Assembly: GCA_016700015.1 (NCBI GenBank)
Contig: CP064995.1
Coordinates: forward strand, 510,001 to 542,000
Length of the DNA: 32,000 bases
From: Candidatus Saccharimonadota bacterium
GTDB taxonomy: Bacteria > Patescibacteriota > Saccharimonadia > Saccharimonadales > Saccharimonadaceae
Direction: 5' to 3'
The position numbers were made by a program, and so were the translations under genes. The stretch's first letter is position 1. Each line of letters starts with the position of its first letter. Shown here piece by piece: positions 30,581 through 32,000 of this stretch. Under the pieces are notes generated by a model. It was not told the origin of the DNA. It saw only the letters and a list, made by a program, of their open reading frames with translations, and did no database searches.

Positions 30581-30587
30581 GAACTTA

Positions 30588-30905
30588 CTAACAGCCCGCG
30601 CCAGGCAATAGGTTGGTGTTTGCCGCAAGCGCCGTCGCCACGACAATCATCAACAGCGAAATCCCAATCCCCTTCAAGAGAACAGGGATCTTCTTCGAGA
30701 AAGCCAAGGGGATACCGATGGCAAACGCGATGACGATGAGGATCTTGCCGACCGTCACCGACGTACCGAAGATCTCACCCGCGAGCAACTTGAAGGTTGG
30801 CTTCAGGCTATCCGCGACGCCGCACTGCGGCGTGATCACATCGGCCGGCAGTCCTGCCAGCTGTGTCTGCACATGGGCCGCAGCCCAAATCGTTGGAGAG
30901 AACAT
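30588..30905 (-). CDS. Small membrane protein with two C-terminal TM helices (VirB2/TrbC pilin-like or PrgF-like candidate)
   Basis: 105 aa, with AAAGGA upstream. The hydrophobic pair is GKILIVIAFAIGIPLAF and GIGISLLMIVVATALAA. Position and size fit a T4SS minor/major membrane subunit. I recognised no sequence motif. Confidence 0.45.
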   Translation of the reverse strand: MFSPTIWAAAHVQTQLAGLPADVITPQCGVADSLKPTFKLLAGEIFGTSVTVGKILIVIAFAIGIPLAFSKKIPVLLKGIGISLLMIVVATALAANTNLLPGAGC

Positions 30906-30920
30906 GGTTGTCCTTTCGGG

Positions 30921-32000
30921 TCAGTACTCGTCGACGACGAGTGGGGCGGGTTCTTTGAAATCGTCCGGGACAGTAATGCCCTGGGCGCGTGCTGACTCTT
31001 CGAAAATCGCCACAGCGATAGCCAAGAAGTCACGGGCAGTACCCTGGTCAATCTCATTCAGATCGACCGGTGCCACGTCTTCACGAGCGATATACGGATC
31101 AAACCGAACAGTCAGTCCAGTACCAGCCCACTTGGGGACAGCTGGCGCATTAGCGTCTTGGACCTGTGCTCGAGTGAGTTCTTCGAAATCAACCGGTGGG
31201 TCACTGGGTCGAACTCCTGTCACCACAACAATCGAACGACGAACCTTTTCGCGCGTCGAGATCTTCTCCCCTGGTAGTGCCGAAGCATCAGCAAGCCGAG
31301 AAGTGCCGTCATGGTGGTCTGTATTGTAGCCGGCCATGGTCTTGGTGAGCGTTTGTAGCGAGATAGGTGTCGGGGCCATGCCCACAAACACCAGTACGTC
31401 GCTAAAACGCGTCGCTGCCACCGGCACGCTGCCAAACTCGACATTGTCATTACCGTGATCCAGGACGATCATGCCGGTGCTTTGGTAGAGCCCGCGCACG
31501 AGCGCAGTGAACTGATCGGTATTGTAGTTACCGGCATCCACCACAACGCTATTGGCGTCTTCGCTGACAATCCCCAGCCCGTGAGGGGTAATGGGAATAT
31601 ACGGCGAAAGCGCACGATAGGTGTTGAGCGATCCGATATCCTTGTTCAACTTACCAACCGGCAACATCGTCCGGACATCAATCCCTGCCATGATGGCCAG
31701 AGTACTGGTAGCCGTGTTGAGCGTCGCCGGCATGATGACGCCATTGATACGCGTCTTCTCGGTCACCGATGATGCGACATAAAGTCCCACCGTCGACTTG
31801 CCACCCGACTTGATGTTACAAAACGACACCACGGGACGAATCCCAAAGTTCGTCAGCAACCGCAAGCGATTGGTAAACCGCTCAGTCTGCGCAGCCTCTT
31901 GCGCCACGCGTGCTTCCTCATAACGGGCAGCCCAGAACTTCTGGAACGTGGCAAGTTCAGCAGCATTCAGCTGACGCACCAGCGGCTTCTTGACACGCAA
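30921..32000 (-). CDS. P-loop NTPase, ParA/MinD-like (atypical Walker A), 5' end probably beyond the window
   Basis: The ORF is open to the window edge, and the first codon at 32000 is TTG, not a proven start. VVSFCNIKSGGKSTVGLYVAS resembles a deviant Walker A with signature Lys. A Walker B-like segment GMIVLDHGND is present. Confidence 0.5.
   Translation of the reverse strand: MRVKKPLVRQLNAAELATFQKFWAARYEEARVAQEAAQTERFTNRLRLLTNFGIRPVVSFCNIKSGGKSTVGLYVASSVTEKTRINGVIMPATLNTATSTLAIMAGIDVRTMLPVGKLNKDIGSLNTYRALSPYIPITPHGLGIVSEDANSVVVDAGNYNTDQFTALVRGLYQSTGMIVLDHGNDNVEFGSVPVAATRFSDVLVFVGMAPTPISLQTLTKTMAGYNTDHHDGTSRLADASALPGEKISTREKVRRSIVVVTGVRPSDPPVDFEELTRAQVQDANAPAVPKWAGTGLTVRFDPYIAREDVAPVDLNEIDQGTARDFLAIAVAIFEESARAQGITVPDDFKEPAPLVVDEY

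Noticed and set aside
30613-31329. 238-aa plus-strand ORF
   Set aside because: It is antisense to the small 2-TM gene and the ParA-like gene, spans their intergenic SD, and has a Ser/Thr/Ala-rich artefactual sequence.
1-32000. CRISPR arrays, transposases/IS elements, integrases, rRNA genes
   Set aside because: I found no regularly spaced direct repeats, no DDE or tyrosine/serine recombinase-like translation, and no rRNA-like sequence while reading the window. The only repeats are the short ones reported at 22189-22800 and the promoter cassettes.

Overview
This is a gene-dense 32-kb bacterial window with very short intergenic regions. The gene content includes a sortase, a PEGA/beta-rich surface protein, a DUF3048-like protein, a stand-alone receiver, many apparently leaderless genes and a monoderm-style T4SS-like operon. 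This suggests a reduced monoderm-type genome such as Patescibacteria/Saccharibacteria, but that is inference and cannot be verified here. The window has three parts. (i) 1-9.3 kb, plus one module at 17.0-17.6 kb: core genes (a CDP-alcohol phosphatidyltransferase fragment, a minimal K+ channel, pyrH, an exoIII-type nuclease, a HAD hydrolase, a Nudix hydrolase) are interleaved with conspicuously GC-rich one- or two-gene cassettes. The cassettes encode lipoproteins, 2-TM membrane proteins and small acidic proteins. Most carry a near-consensus promoter in an AT-rich spacer and a Shine-Dalgarno leader, and six of the eight end in a GC-rich hairpin terminator. (ii) 9.3-22.1 kb: a lipid kinase, a YjeF-C-like protein, tRNA-Leu(CAA), a sortase convergent with a PEGA protein, gltX, a DUF3048-like protein, and a histidine kinase plus receiver-only response regulator. 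(iii) 22.2-32 kb: an intact tRNA-Glu(CUC) preceded by decayed tRNA-Glu copies, a repeat-rich spacer, a two-gene membrane-protein unit, and a translationally coupled minus-strand operon that looks like a minimal Gram-positive/actinobacterial-type type IV secretion system. That operon holds a ParA-like ATPase, a small 2-TM protein, a VirB6-like protein, a VirB4 split into two genes, a VirB8-like candidate and an SLT/NlpC-P60/M23 hydrolase. I saw no rRNA, CRISPR array, transposase, integrase, relaxase or coupling protein. All functional calls come from motifs read by eye in the supplied translations. No database search was possible.
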